Shown piece by piece: positions 36,452 to 45,993 of a DNA stretch of 64,000 nt. The position numbers were made by a program, and so were the translations under genes. The number at the start of each line of letters is the position of its first letter. Position 1 is the first letter of the stretch. The notes under the pieces were generated by a model, which worked only from the letters and a program-made list of their open reading frames with translations, did no database searches and was not told where the DNA came from. Origin of the DNA: Candidatus Stercoripulliclostridium sp. (GTDB lineage Bacteria > Bacillota > Clostridia > Christensenellales > DTU072); NCBI GenBank assembly GCA_045535235.1, contig JAZSLG010000071.1, positions 3,445 to 67,444 of the forward strand, read 5' to 3'.

Positions 36452-37246
36452 ATGGCATTTTTAGAAGTTAAAAACATACATAAAAGCTTTGGCAAGGTGG
36501 AAGTCCTAAAGGGAGTTTCCTTTTCCTTGGAAGAGGGACAGGTGCTTTCCATAATAGGCTCTTCCGGTAACGGAAAAACAACCCTGCTCAGATGCCTAAA
36601 TTACCTTGAGTTCGCAAACGAAGGAACCGTAGAGCTTAATGGTAAGTTGATTTCAGACGGTAAGGAATTAAAAAACCTTAAAGAGAGTCAAATTAGGGAA
36701 AATAGATTGCATTTTGGACTTGTTTTCCAATCATTCAATTTATTCCCACAATATACTGCACTTCAAAACGTAAACCTTGCACTCTCGTTAATGGAAAAGG
36801 AACGCGTTAAAAAGGGGTATGCCCCGCTATATAACGAGCCTTCCATGGAAGTTTCCAAAAAACTACTTGTCAAAGTAGGACTGGAAGATAAAATGAATTT
36901 GTATCCTTGCCAACTTTCGGGTGGTCAATGTCAAAGAGTAGCAATTGCAAGAGCCATGGCGCTAAAGCCTTCCGTTCTTTGCTTTGACGAACCAACGTCG
37001 GCCCTAGACCCCGAGTTAACAGGTGAAGTTCTCCGCGTAATAAAAGAGTTAAAGGAGAGCGAAGGAATTACTATGATAATAGTAACGCACGAGATGGGTT
37101 TTGCAAAAAACGTAAGCGACCAAGTACTATTCATGGTCGACGGACTTGTGGAGGAAATAGGCACCCCAAGTGAAATTTTTGATAACCCAAAATCGGAAAA
37201 ATTAAAGGCGTTTTTACAAGGATTAAACGCCAAAGAGGGGGAATGA
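36452..37246 (+). CDS. amino-acid ABC transporter ATP-binding protein
   Basis: Motifs: [34 protein letters not shown]. Confidence 0.9.
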   Translation: MAFLEVKNIHKSFGKVEVLKGVSFSLEEGQVLSIIGSSGNGKTTLLRCLNYLEFANEGTVELNGKLISDGKELKNLKESQIRENRLHFGLVFQSFNLFPQYTALQNVNLALSLMEKERVKKGYAPLYNEPSMEVSKKLLVKVGLEDKMNLYPCQLSGGQCQRVAIARAMALKPSVLCFDEPTSALDPELTGEVLRVIKELKESEGITMIIVTHEMGFAKNVSDQVLFMVDGLVEEIGTPSEIFDNPKSEKLKAFLQGLNAKEGE

Positions 37247-37247
37247 T

Positions 37248-37514
37248 ATGTCAAACGATAAAGAGGACGTAAAGAGGCTTTATAGCATTTTAGCCACAAT
37301 TAACAGTGAAGAAGACGTAGAAATCTTTCTTGGCGACCTTTGCACCTACAAGGAAATTGAGTCCATGGCACAAAGGATAAAAGCAGCCCAAATGCTAATG
37401 AATGGTAGTACCTATGAGGAAATAATCAAAAACACGAATATATCCTCTGCAACGCTTTCGCGAGTAAGCAAATGTGTAAAATATGGGCAAGGATATAAGA
37501 AGATACTAAAATAA
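37248..37514 (+). CDS. TrpR-like YerC/YecD-family protein
   Basis: DLCTYKEIESMAQRIKAAQML..GSTYEEI...NISSATLSRVSKCVKYGQGY matches the YerC pattern. Confidence 0.7.
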   Translation: MSNDKEDVKRLYSILATINSEEDVEIFLGDLCTYKEIESMAQRIKAAQMLMNGSTYEEIIKNTNISSATLSRVSKCVKYGQGYKKILK

Positions 37515-37530
37515 ACGAATGCTATAAAAA

Positions 37531-37560
37531 AGGCGTAGCGGATTCCGCTACGCCTTTTTT
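37531..37560. terminator. bidirectional rho-independent terminator
   Basis: 11-bp stem aggcgtagcgg / ccgctacgcct, loop att, flanked by an A-run and a T-run. Confidence 0.85.
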
Positions 37561-37575
37561 AGTTATGCTTATATA

Positions 37576-37794
37576 TTATAGCAATCTCCAAATGCTTCCC
37601 TTGGTAATCATCATGAATAGGTCGATTACCCAAATGAGCCATCCGCCGAAAATACGGATAATAACTGCTAGCCATTTGCCTTCCTTAGCGCGGGTAAGAA
37701 CGCCAAGTAGCCATGCGGTAAAGGGAATGATAGCAAGAATAATGCTAACCAAACGACTAAAACCAAAATAATCTTTAGATGCTTTTTTTGCCAT
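37576..37794 (-). CDS. small membrane protein (72 aa, two hydrophobic segments)
   Basis: ORF with two TM-like stretches. No recognised family. Confidence 0.55.
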   Translation of the reverse strand: MAKKASKDYFGFSRLVSIILAIIPFTAWLLGVLTRAKEGKWLAVIIRIFGGWLIWVIDLFMMITKGSIWRLL

Positions 37795-37886
37795 AATAAT
37801 ATCTCCTATAGGTTTATGATATAAATATTATAGCATACGTGGTTTGTTTTGTAAATATGCGAAATTAAGTAAAATAAAAGTAATAC

Positions 37887-37942
37887 ATTGTTAGCCTTGG
37901 TGCATCATGTGGGTTGACAATAATGGTAGTATGCTTTACAAT
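37887..37942 (+). promoter_or_regulatory. birA-bioY promoter overlapped by a BirA operator-like inverted repeat
   Basis: ATTGTTAGCC-N15-GGTTGACAAT (37887-37921) resembles the Bacillota bioO consensus TGTTAACC...GGTTAACA. TTGACA (37914-37919), 17-nt spacer, TACAAT (37937-37942). Confidence 0.55.
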
Positions 37943-37958
37943 ATAATAAGGTGAAAAA

Positions 37959-38924
37959 ATGACCAAAGAGAACGTATTAAATTTTTTGGAACAAAATCGT
38001 GGTGCTTACGTTTCGGGAGCAAAGATAGCTCTTGCTCTAGGGGTTTCTCGTAACGCAATTTGGAAGAGTATCCGCGTGCTGGAAAAAGAAGGATACCGTA
38101 TTGATAAACGCACTAATGTAGGTTATAAACTTCTTGAACATAACGACGTCCTTTCCGCAAACGGAATACAAAATTGTTTTGGTAGGGTTCCTAAAGTGCG
38201 TGTCGAGGTTTATCAAACGTTAACTTCCACTAATGATTATTTGATAAACAAAGCTCAAGACGGAGAAGATGAGGGGTTGCTTGTTTGCGCCGAAAACCAA
38301 AGCGCGGGTAAGGGAAGACTGGGGAGAAAATTCTTCTCTCCTAGTGGCGGAGTGTATTTTTCGTTACTGTTACGTCCTCAAAAAGGTAGCACTGTTACGG
38401 AATATTTGACTGTTATTACGGCTATTGCCGTTTGCGAGTCGGTAAACGAACTTTTTGGCGTGGGGGCAGGTATCAAATGGGTTAACGACGTATACGTTGG
38501 CAATAAAAAGTGCGCTGGGATTTTAACGGAAGCATCCGTTGATTTTGAAACCGGTTCCGTCGCTTACGCGGTAATTGGGATAGGAATTAATATTAATGAA
38601 CCCATAGAGGGTTATCCCGATGACATAAAGGATATAGCCTGTTCACTAAATTCCAGAGTGCCGAATGCAAAAAACAAACTCGTTGCTTTAATAGTAGAGA
38701 AGCTATTGCACAACTACCAAAATTTTGATAAAGATAGTATCGTATCAAAATATAGGACCAATTCTATAATGAATGAAAGGAAGGTCTTGGTAAAGCGAGA
38801 AAGTGGCAATAGGCTTGCTACGGCTCTAGGCATAGACGATGAATGTAGGCTTATCGTCAAGTACGAAAACGGAGAAGAAGAAAGGCTATATTACGGTGAG
38901 GTTAGTTTGTGTCTAAAAGATTAG
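37959..38924 (+). CDS. birA: bifunctional biotin-[acetyl-CoA-carboxylase] ligase / biotin operon repressor
   Basis: N-terminal wHTH (YVSGAKIALALGVSRNAIWKSIRVLEKEGY). Ligase motif QSAGKGRLGRKFFSP. KWVNDV. Confidence 0.9.
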   Translation: MTKENVLNFLEQNRGAYVSGAKIALALGVSRNAIWKSIRVLEKEGYRIDKRTNVGYKLLEHNDVLSANGIQNCFGRVPKVRVEVYQTLTSTNDYLINKAQDGEDEGLLVCAENQSAGKGRLGRKFFSPSGGVYFSLLLRPQKGSTVTEYLTVITAIAVCESVNELFGVGAGIKWVNDVYVGNKKCAGILTEASVDFETGSVAYAVIGIGININEPIEGYPDDIKDIACSLNSRVPNAKNKLVALIVEKLLHNYQNFDKDSIVSKYRTNSIMNERKVLVKRESGNRLATALGIDDECRLIVKYENGEEERLYYGEVSLCLKD

Positions 38925-39442
38925 CGGTAAAAAAACTCGCCTATATCGCACTTTTTACTGCCCTAATAGTTGTAGGTGGTTTCGTGCGTATTCCGGTTGG
39001 AACCATTCCTATTACCTTGCAAACGCTATTCGTATTGTTGGGCGCTTCCTTGTGTGGCAAAACAGTAGGAGTGTTGTCTGCGGTAGTTTATTTAATAATT
39101 GGACTAATTGGCGTGCCTGTCTTTAGCGCCGGTGGCGGAATATTCTACGTGCTTCAACCAACGTTTGGTTACTTGCTGGGGTTCGTGCTTGCAGGATTAA
39201 TTGCAGGAGTGCCTAAAAAAGGATTTTGGAGTAGGTTGGGGTTTAATTTACTTTCTATAATCGTCATACACGTAGTTGGAGTTGTCTATTTTTATCTAAT
39301 ATCAAATTTATATTTGGATATTAGTTTGGGGCTAAGCCAAGTAATTCTAAGCGGAAGTATAATATTTCTTCCAGTTGATATAATTAGTGCAACGTTAAGT
39401 GCAATAATAGCAAATAAAGTATATCCTATCGTCAATAAGTAA
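38909..39442 (+). CDS. bioY: biotin transporter substrate-specific (S) component
   Basis: About 6 TM segments with a BioY pattern (PITLQTLFVLLGA, LIGVPVFSAGGGI, PTFGYLLGF). The GTG start overlaps the birA 3' end. Confidence 0.85.
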   Translation: MSKRLAVKKLAYIALFTALIVVGGFVRIPVGTIPITLQTLFVLLGASLCGKTVGVLSAVVYLIIGLIGVPVFSAGGGIFYVLQPTFGYLLGFVLAGLIAGVPKKGFWSRLGFNLLSIIVIHVVGVVYFYLISNLYLDISLGLSQVILSGSIIFLPVDIISATLSAIIANKVYPIVNK

Positions 39443-39451
39443 GGAGCAAAT

Positions 39452-40540
39452 ATGGAAATCAGAGTTGCTAAAAAAGAAGAAAATAAGAAAGTTATAACCT
39501 TTTTAAGTAAGGTTTTCACCAGACCTTTCCCTAGGCTCATTCCCAGCTTGTACGGCAAAGACAAAAATATGATGGACTACCACTATTTGGTAGAAGAAAA
39601 TGGCAAATTAATTGGTGCCGTTTGTGCTTATCCCGAGGATATCGTAACCTCTAATACCACCATAAAAGGGCTTGCAATAGGAATGGTTGCAACGTTAAAA
39701 TCGGCTAGAGGAAGGGGCGTTATGACCAGCATGTTAAAGCACGTTGATAAGGAATATCCCGGAGTTGACGTCATGTTTTTAACAGGAAGAAGGCATCGTT
39801 ACGAACACTTTGGCTATTATCCTGCAGGGGCTTGTTATTCTTTCTTAATTAGTAGTATGAGTATCAAAAAATGGGATATTGGTTGCCCATTTGAGGTAGT
39901 TGAGGCAAAAACGGAAAACGATTACCGTGAAGTAGACGAGTTAAATAATTTGGGAAAAGTGAGGGTAGATAAACCTCTTGCACGTGAAAGCGATACGCTA
40001 AGAAACTGGTTTTCCAAACTATACTTGATAAAGGAACAAGGTAAAACGGTGGGATTTGCTAGCGGGAAGTTCTTCAAAGGTCACGTATTGGAAAGAATAT
40101 TTATAAAGGATGGTAAAGTACAAGACTACGTTCAAGGTGTGTTGGCATACAAAAAATATAAAGGTGCAACCAATTTGAAAGTGGATGTGTTACCGCATGA
40201 GAGCGCCCTCAAAGAGGCCATGCATATGGTTTCGGAAGAGTGGTCTATTAATAGCCATGAAAAGTACAAGGTCGTAAATTATGCAAGATTAATAAAAAAA
40301 TTACTGACCGTTACATTGGAGGAAAAATACCTGAACGATTTTAGCTTTGTCGTTGAAATCGTTGGTAGAGAAAAGCTATTAGTTTCCGTAAAAGAGGGCG
40401 AGGCAATAGTGGAAGAAAGTAGCCGAGAACCCGACCTAACGTTGAGCGAGGCGCAAGCGATTGCCTCACTCCTTGGAGGAGAGGAAAGCATAGTTAACGG
40501 TATGGTTAAAATAGCATTAAGACACAGTGATTTTATTTAG
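39452..40540 (+). CDS. GNAT-family acetyltransferase (Eis-like, with a C-terminal SCP2-like region)
   Basis: Acetyl-CoA motif A-like GMVATLKSARGRGVMTSMLKHV. The size and layout resemble Eis-type GNATs. Called by eye only. Confidence 0.6.
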   Translation: MEIRVAKKEENKKVITFLSKVFTRPFPRLIPSLYGKDKNMMDYHYLVEENGKLIGAVCAYPEDIVTSNTTIKGLAIGMVATLKSARGRGVMTSMLKHVDKEYPGVDVMFLTGRRHRYEHFGYYPAGACYSFLISSMSIKKWDIGCPFEVVEAKTENDYREVDELNNLGKVRVDKPLARESDTLRNWFSKLYLIKEQGKTVGFASGKFFKGHVLERIFIKDGKVQDYVQGVLAYKKYKGATNLKVDVLPHESALKEAMHMVSEEWSINSHEKYKVVNYARLIKKLLTVTLEEKYLNDFSFVVEIVGREKLLVSVKEGEAIVEESSREPDLTLSEAQAIASLLGGEESIVNGMVKIALRHSDFI

Positions 40541-40553
40541 GGAGAATTAGAAT

Positions 40554-41573
40554 ATGCCGTTATATATAGTAAGACATGATATTACTAAAATGGAATGTGA
40601 TGCAATAGTTAACGCTGCAAATAAAAGCTTGTTGGGTGGTGGTGGAGTAGACGGTTGTATCCACAGGGCCGCCGGCCCTAAACTTTTTGATGAATGTTTG
40701 ACTCTTGGCGGGTGCAAAACGGGTGAGGCTAAAATTACCAAAGGATATAATCTGCCTGCAAAGTACGTTATTCATACCGTAGGCCCCGTGTGGGACGGTG
40801 GAACTAACGGAGAAAAAGCACTACTAGAATCTTGCTACAAAAAATCCTTGGAGCTTGCAAAAGCGCATGGTTGTACTAGCGTTGCTTTTCCTCTTATATC
40901 TTCGGGCGTATATGGTTATCCTAAGGACAAAGCACTTTCCGTAGCGGTAAGTATAATAAGCCGATTTGTGCTTGAAAACGATATGACCGTATATATTGTC
41001 GTCTTCGATAAAAATTCCTATAAAATCAGCAAGGAATTAATGGAAGACGTTTCTACGTATATAGACGATAATTACGCGGATGAAACGGCTCTTCGTTACG
41101 GCTACAAAAGAAGGAGCGCTAGCCTTAATAACTTGTTTTATGAACCGATTGAAGGAAAAGCATCGAACGATATTTCCCCTCAAACTGTATCTATAGATAC
41201 CAAAAGAGAACTTATTGACATACTTTCTAGGATTGACGAAAATTTTGCGATAACGCTTTTTAAGTTGATTGATGCAAGGGGAATTAGCGACGTGGAGTGT
41301 TATAAGAAGGCAAACGTAAGTAAGCAAACCTGGTATAAAATACTAAATGATGCAAGCTACAAGCCGAGCAAAAATACCGTTCTTTCTTTTGCCATTGCGT
41401 TGGAGCTGTCTCTTGTAGAAACGGAGAAACTGCTTGCAACCGTTGGATTTGCTCTTTCGAAGAGTAGTAAGTTTGATTTAATAATAGAATATTTTATCGT
41501 AAAGGGAAGTTACGATATATTCGTCATTAACGAAACTCTAGTTGCTTTTGACCAGCCTTGTCTTGGAATATAG
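40554..41573 (+). CDS. Macro domain (ADP-ribose/O-acetyl-ADP-ribose hydrolase-like) fused to a C-terminal HTH domain
   Basis: Motifs: [48 protein letters not shown]-terminal [22 protein letters not shown]...[10 protein letters not shown] is XRE-like. Confidence 0.85.
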   Translation: MPLYIVRHDITKMECDAIVNAANKSLLGGGGVDGCIHRAAGPKLFDECLTLGGCKTGEAKITKGYNLPAKYVIHTVGPVWDGGTNGEKALLESCYKKSLELAKAHGCTSVAFPLISSGVYGYPKDKALSVAVSIISRFVLENDMTVYIVVFDKNSYKISKELMEDVSTYIDDNYADETALRYGYKRRSASLNNLFYEPIEGKASNDISPQTVSIDTKRELIDILSRIDENFAITLFKLIDARGISDVECYKKANVSKQTWYKILNDASYKPSKNTVLSFAIALELSLVETEKLLATVGFALSKSSKFDLIIEYFIVKGSYDIFVINETLVAFDQPCLGI

Positions 41574-41670
41574 CATGGTAAATTGACGATTGACCCAAAA
41601 TATAATTTCGCTCTTTATAATATGGTTGTAAGCAAAAGCTTGCAATCATTTTTTTATAAGGAGATATAAT

Positions 41671-42318
41671 ATGAAGACAACAGAACTGGTTTTTATTTTG
41701 GACAAAAGTGGCTCCATGTGTGGTATGGAGGACGACGTCATAGGTGGCTTTAACTCTATGATTGAAAAGCAAAAAAAGGAAGAAGGTAAAGCTTACGTAT
41801 CGACCGTTGCTTTTTCAAATTATTCGGAAGTAATACACGACAGAGTTTGTTTAGAAAGCGTTGCACCTCTAACCAGAAATGATTATTGCGTGGATGGATG
41901 TACTGCTCTATACGACGCAATAGGCGATGCGATAAAGCATATTCGTATGGTACATAAATACGTTAGGCCAGAAGATAAGCCTGAGCAAACCATCTTCATA
42001 ATCACAACCGACGGTATGGAAAACGCAAGCCATCGATATACTAAAAAGAGTGTAAAGAACATGATAGAAGAGCAAGAAAAAGAAGGCTGGGAATTTGTTT
42101 TTGTTGGTGCAAATATAGACGCCGTTGAGACGGCAACGGGTATTGGTATAAGGTCTAACAGAGCCGTCAACTATTCTGTTAAGGATGATACGGCTATCAT
42201 GTTCAAAGAAATGAGCGATACTATTGCTACCTTTAGGTCAAAAGGAAAGTTGGATGAGGATTGGGCGAAAAACGTGCAAGGAAATTTATTAAGTGGTGAC
42301 AAAAAAGTCAAAAAGTAA
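41671..42318 (+). CDS. small stand-alone vWA-domain protein (215 aa)
   Basis: Motifs: LVFILDKSGSM (DxSxS MIDAS), GCTALYDAI, IITTDGMENAS. Confidence 0.8.
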   Translation: MKTTELVFILDKSGSMCGMEDDVIGGFNSMIEKQKKEEGKAYVSTVAFSNYSEVIHDRVCLESVAPLTRNDYCVDGCTALYDAIGDAIKHIRMVHKYVRPEDKPEQTIFIITTDGMENASHRYTKKSVKNMIEEQEKEGWEFVFVGANIDAVETATGIGIRSNRAVNYSVKDDTAIMFKEMSDTIATFRSKGKLDEDWAKNVQGNLLSGDKKVKK

Positions 42319-42337
42319 AAGTGATGGGATTAAAAAA

Positions 42338-42362
42338 GGGTAGCATGATGCTACCCTTTTTT
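42338..42362. terminator. bidirectional rho-independent terminator
   Basis: gggtagca-tga-tgctaccc hairpin with an upstream A-run and downstream T6, between convergent genes. Confidence 0.85.
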
Positions 42363-42372
42363 AACGTTACTA

Positions 42373-43683
42373 TTAGTCTAGGCAGTTTGCGTTATGGTCG
42401 ATAAAGTCGTTAACGTTTCTATGGATAATTTCAAAGAAGTTTTTAACGGCCTCTCTATCCTTTTCGTTACCTTTAATTGCGATTGTCATGGTTAGCTCAC
42501 CGTTAAGAGAAGTGAGTGCAAGTTGCATGTAAGGTTTGTATTTTACTGCGCCGGTCATAAATCCGTCAATAAGTGATAGACCACTCAAACCTAACTTATT
42601 GGGGTCCAAAACACCAATGTTTGACATACCAATCAAGGGATTAAGGTATCCAATCTTAATGGCGATTTCGCTAATGGCGTAAGGTAAAATCGTGTAGGCA
42701 AGCTTTAATAGCGGAAGGGAGTATAGTCCCATATACTTGTCTTTTTTGGACTTTCTAACCGATTGTAAAACTTTAACTAAAGTTTCGTTCACGTTCTTGC
42801 CAACGCCCTCTACGCTACATTGCATAAAGCCGGTGTGGTTTGTAAGACCGCCCGATTCTTCTCCGCCCTCAATGTGTCTACGAAGGTCTACCATACAAGG
42901 AATGGTGACAGTGTCGGTGTCGGGATATTTGCCAAATTCGTAAAGGCTGTGCATGTAGACGGCAAGCATAAGGTCGTTTACCGTAACACCGTAGTATTTA
43001 CCAATTTTTCTAAACTTTGCAAAGGTTTCAGCGTCGATTTTGGAGCGATTAATCATGCTCTTGTCCTCGGGAGAATCGGGAGAAAGAGGGAAATAATGCT
43101 CGTCTTTAACCTGGGAAATATTTTTATAAAGATTTTTTGCAACCTCTTTATCTTCATCGTCAAGTTTAGTATAAACTTGGTCGTAGGAGCGAGAGCCGGT
43201 TTTAATATCAATAACTGGAGTTCCGCCTTTTACCGCGTTATAGTTGGAAGCAAGACGTTTGAGGAAGTATTTGAAGTCACCGCCGTCAAAACACATGTGG
43301 TTTACTATCATGCAAAGGGTGGAACGGCCGTTAGCGTTTAGTATTGCCATTTTGAATTGTACGCGCGAGGTAACTGGAATACATTGGGTGATAAAACTTT
43401 CTATTTCCTCTTCCAAGTTTTCTTCGCTAACCTCTTTTACGGTCAAAATATCGTCTATGGTATAGTCTTCTACAACCCAGTAAGGGTCGATTGCACTATC
43501 GTGAAAGCTAGAGCGCAAGACGGGAACTTTTTCCGTAGTAGCGATAAGAACGGTCTTTAAGGCTTCTATATCTATTAAGCCGTCGTAGTATAATACGGCG
43601 TGTACCATTCTATCGTAGTAGTTGCGGAAAAGATACTGCATCTTGTCCCAAAGTTCAGCTTTTATTTTTTGTCTTTTTTTCAT
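42373..43683 (-). CDS. condensation-domain (PapA5/WS-DGAT-like) acyltransferase
   Basis: The HHxxxDG-type active-site motif appears as NHMCFDGGD. The ~436-aa size is typical of free-standing C-domain acyltransferases. Confidence 0.7.
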   Translation of the reverse strand: MKKRQKIKAELWDKMQYLFRNYYDRMVHAVLYYDGLIDIEALKTVLIATTEKVPVLRSSFHDSAIDPYWVVEDYTIDDILTVKEVSEENLEEEIESFITQCIPVTSRVQFKMAILNANGRSTLCMIVNHMCFDGGDFKYFLKRLASNYNAVKGGTPVIDIKTGSRSYDQVYTKLDDEDKEVAKNLYKNISQVKDEHYFPLSPDSPEDKSMINRSKIDAETFAKFRKIGKYYGVTVNDLMLAVYMHSLYEFGKYPDTDTVTIPCMVDLRRHIEGGEESGGLTNHTGFMQCSVEGVGKNVNETLVKVLQSVRKSKKDKYMGLYSLPLLKLAYTILPYAISEIAIKIGYLNPLIGMSNIGVLDPNKLGLSGLSLIDGFMTGAVKYKPYMQLALTSLNGELTMTIAIKGNEKDREAVKNFFEIIHRNVNDFIDHNANCLD

Positions 43684-43753
43684 ATTTCTATCCTAATTAT
43701 AATAATATAAAAGTCAATTTAGGAGTCCTAATTTGGTATTAAGGTCACCCAAA

Positions 43754-44599
43754 TTACCATTCGGTGTAATACTTTTCGTCTAAGTCAGTGGCTTTTACGG
43801 CGTTCTTTTTAACCCTAGGACCCTTCTTTTTATTGGAGCGATGGACGAGCATGGATATTAGTCCTGCAACTGCGGTGAGTGCGCTTAGTGCGGGAAGTAG
43901 CCAACCGGGATGCCAAGGCATAACGTGGGCGATGCCAAGCATAACGTAAATCAAAGAAGCGCTTACTATTAAAGTAAATAAGCTTTCTATGAAGGCAAGC
44001 TTAGACTTGGTTATGAAAGCAAAAAGCGTGTCGCCTACTAAGATTGCTATTGCCATGGCTAGGAAGGTGAAGTAATGATATTTCTCCTTGGAAAGCATTA
44101 ATATTAATAGGAATATAAAGCTTGAAAGAAGAATGAGAGATACCGCTAGATTTACGCGTGGTATTACGAAAGATTTCCTTTTTGCTACTTTTATAGATAC
44201 CATCGTTAAAGTGCCTACTATTGCGGTAAAAAGAGCACCTACTAAAATTAGCCAGCTAATACTCCATGGAATAACGTGTACTAGAGAAAGGGTTAGGTAT
44301 AGTCCAAGAACGATTACTACGGTTGCAAGTATCATCATGGTGGAAGTGAGTCTTACTGCATTCTTTTTGGAACGGGTAGTAAGTTCTTCGTTAAACTTTA
44401 CTAAGGTGGATTGGAAATCGCCAAGGGAGTCTATTGCTAGTTGATAGATGGCGTCCTCGTCGGTCATGCCCTTAATCTTGGCGTCTTGGGCGTATTCTTC
44501 CAAGTAAACCAGCGTTTCCTTGCGGTAGTCCATGGCTCCTTTGGTGGGCGGTATGGCACGAAATTGTTCTTCAAGGTATTTCTTAAAACGTTCTGTCAT
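43754..44599 (-). CDS. polytopic membrane protein with an N-terminal cytoplasmic helical (HAAS / permease-prefix-like) domain
   Basis: An ~80-aa N-terminal soluble helical region (KKYLEEQF...MTDEDAIYQLAIDSLGDF) followed by about 6 TM segments. Confidence 0.6.
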   Translation of the reverse strand: MTERFKKYLEEQFRAIPPTKGAMDYRKETLVYLEEYAQDAKIKGMTDEDAIYQLAIDSLGDFQSTLVKFNEELTTRSKKNAVRLTSTMMILATVVIVLGLYLTLSLVHVIPWSISWLILVGALFTAIVGTLTMVSIKVAKRKSFVIPRVNLAVSLILLSSFIFLLILMLSKEKYHYFTFLAMAIAILVGDTLFAFITKSKLAFIESLFTLIVSASLIYVMLGIAHVMPWHPGWLLPALSALTAVAGLISMLVHRSNKKKGPRVKKNAVKATDLDEKYYTEW

Positions 44600-44638
44600 G
44601 GTCGTATTCTCCCATTTTTAGATTTTTATAAGTGTGTC

Positions 44639-44692
44639 TAGATAGGTTGACTATCTAAACAGATTATATACTAGGCGGTATGAACGTGTCAA
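44639..44692 (-). promoter_or_regulatory. promoter plus palindromic operator for the 43754..44599 gene
   Basis: On the minus strand: TTGACA (44692-44687), 18-nt spacer, TATAAT (44668-44663), then the perfect inverted repeat tagatag-N5-ctatcta (44639-44657) just downstream of the -10. Confidence 0.5.
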
Positions 44693-44710
44693 GCGTGCGA
44701 TATAAAATTT

Positions 44711-45595
44711 TTAGCGCAGATATTTTCTAAAGAAATCTGCAGTAGTGTCGTTAGCCTTTTTGGACTCATCCCAATCCGGTTGCGTTACGTTGTAAACGTG
44801 GGCAAGTTTATTGGTTTGCTCCTCTTTTAGGAAATGTATCAACTGACAATCGGCGCCTGTTTGCTTGTATGATTCGTAACCTTTTAACGTTTGACCTTTC
44901 ATAAAGTCTCCGTCACAAGTGATAAACAAAGAGGGTATAAGGTTGCATTTATCGGGGCGGAAGTCCACGAAGGGGAAAAGAGCGTGATCCTTTGCGTTTT
45001 TACCTAGCAAAGGAGTAAAGTAGCTCTTTACTACGGGCATGGTGGCAAGAGAGGAAACGTAAAAGGCGGGACAAGTGTAACAAACGGCGTTAAATTTGGC
45101 TTTTAAGCTTATTCCTAAAGCGTTTTGCATTTCTTCGTCGGCGCAAAGATTTATCATTAATGCGGTAAGATGTCCGCCGGCGCTATCGCCCGTGATAAAT
45201 AGGTTGTTAACGTCTATTCCCAGTTCATCCGCGTTATCATATATATAATTAATAGCGTTTGCTACGTCGCTAATCTGTTCTTGCAGAGAGACCGCAGGTG
45301 TTAGTCTATAACTTATATTTGCGACCTTAAAACCGCGTTCGGCAAGATTCAGACAGTAAATTTTATTAAGCTCTTTGTCGCCGTAATACCATCCGCCACC
45401 GTGTACGTCAATAATAGTAGGGAGCTTTCCACAATCTTCGTTTGGCGAGTATACGTCAAACCTGTGGTAGTCGTCGCCGTCGTCTAGATAGGCGATATTG
45501 GTTTTTTCGGGTAGGGTAGGTACGCGCAAAGTTGCTATGCGTTTTTCATCCATAGGTTTAGTAATATTTTCCCAAAACCAAGTAAAAAGGCTCAT
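44711..45595 (-). CDS. alpha/beta-hydrolase esterase/lipase (HSL-like)
   Basis: HGGGW oxyanion motif and GDSAGG nucleophile elbow. RBS aaggag precedes the ATG at 45595. Confidence 0.85.
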   Translation of the reverse strand: MSLFTWFWENITKPMDEKRIATLRVPTLPEKTNIAYLDDGDDYHRFDVYSPNEDCGKLPTIIDVHGGGWYYGDKELNKIYCLNLAERGFKVANISYRLTPAVSLQEQISDVANAINYIYDNADELGIDVNNLFITGDSAGGHLTALMINLCADEEMQNALGISLKAKFNAVCYTCPAFYVSSLATMPVVKSYFTPLLGKNAKDHALFPFVDFRPDKCNLIPSLFITCDGDFMKGQTLKGYESYKQTGADCQLIHFLKEEQTNKLAHVYNVTQPDWDESKKANDTTADFFRKYLR

Positions 45596-45993
45596 AAAAA
45601 CTCCTTTTCCGTATCCCAAGCTACAAAATAATTGTTTTTATATGGATTACGATTTTTATTATTACAAATATTATATCACATGGCTGTAACTGCTACAAGA
45701 CCCCAAATTTACGAGTTTCAAAATTTTTTGCTTTATCGATTATCATCGCATGGTACGCCGACGTTTTGCGTCGTTACAAGAGTGAAAAAGCATCCCATAA
45801 ATCTTTTCCTTGGGGTGTGGACCCTCTTGAAACACAACATATTGTTCGCGCGCGTTTGCCTGCACGGTAATATTTTAGTAAAATCGCGCGTAATATGTAG
45901 CGCAATAGCGCGCGTATGTGTTACAATGTTACCGACAAAGGGGATAGTGTTCCCTATTTTCCTACGCGTGCGTAGGCATAAATAAAATATTAT

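Noticed and set aside
42820-43341. 173-aa plus-strand ORF opposite the condensation-domain gene.
   Set aside because: The minus-strand frame carries the HHxxxDG-type motif and spans the whole region. The plus-strand ORF has no RBS or recognisable motif.
45632-45985. 117-aa ORF filling the gap upstream of the first giant gene.
   Set aside because: It has no RBS and implausible composition. It overlaps the promoter and palindrome elements, so the region is better explained as regulatory DNA.
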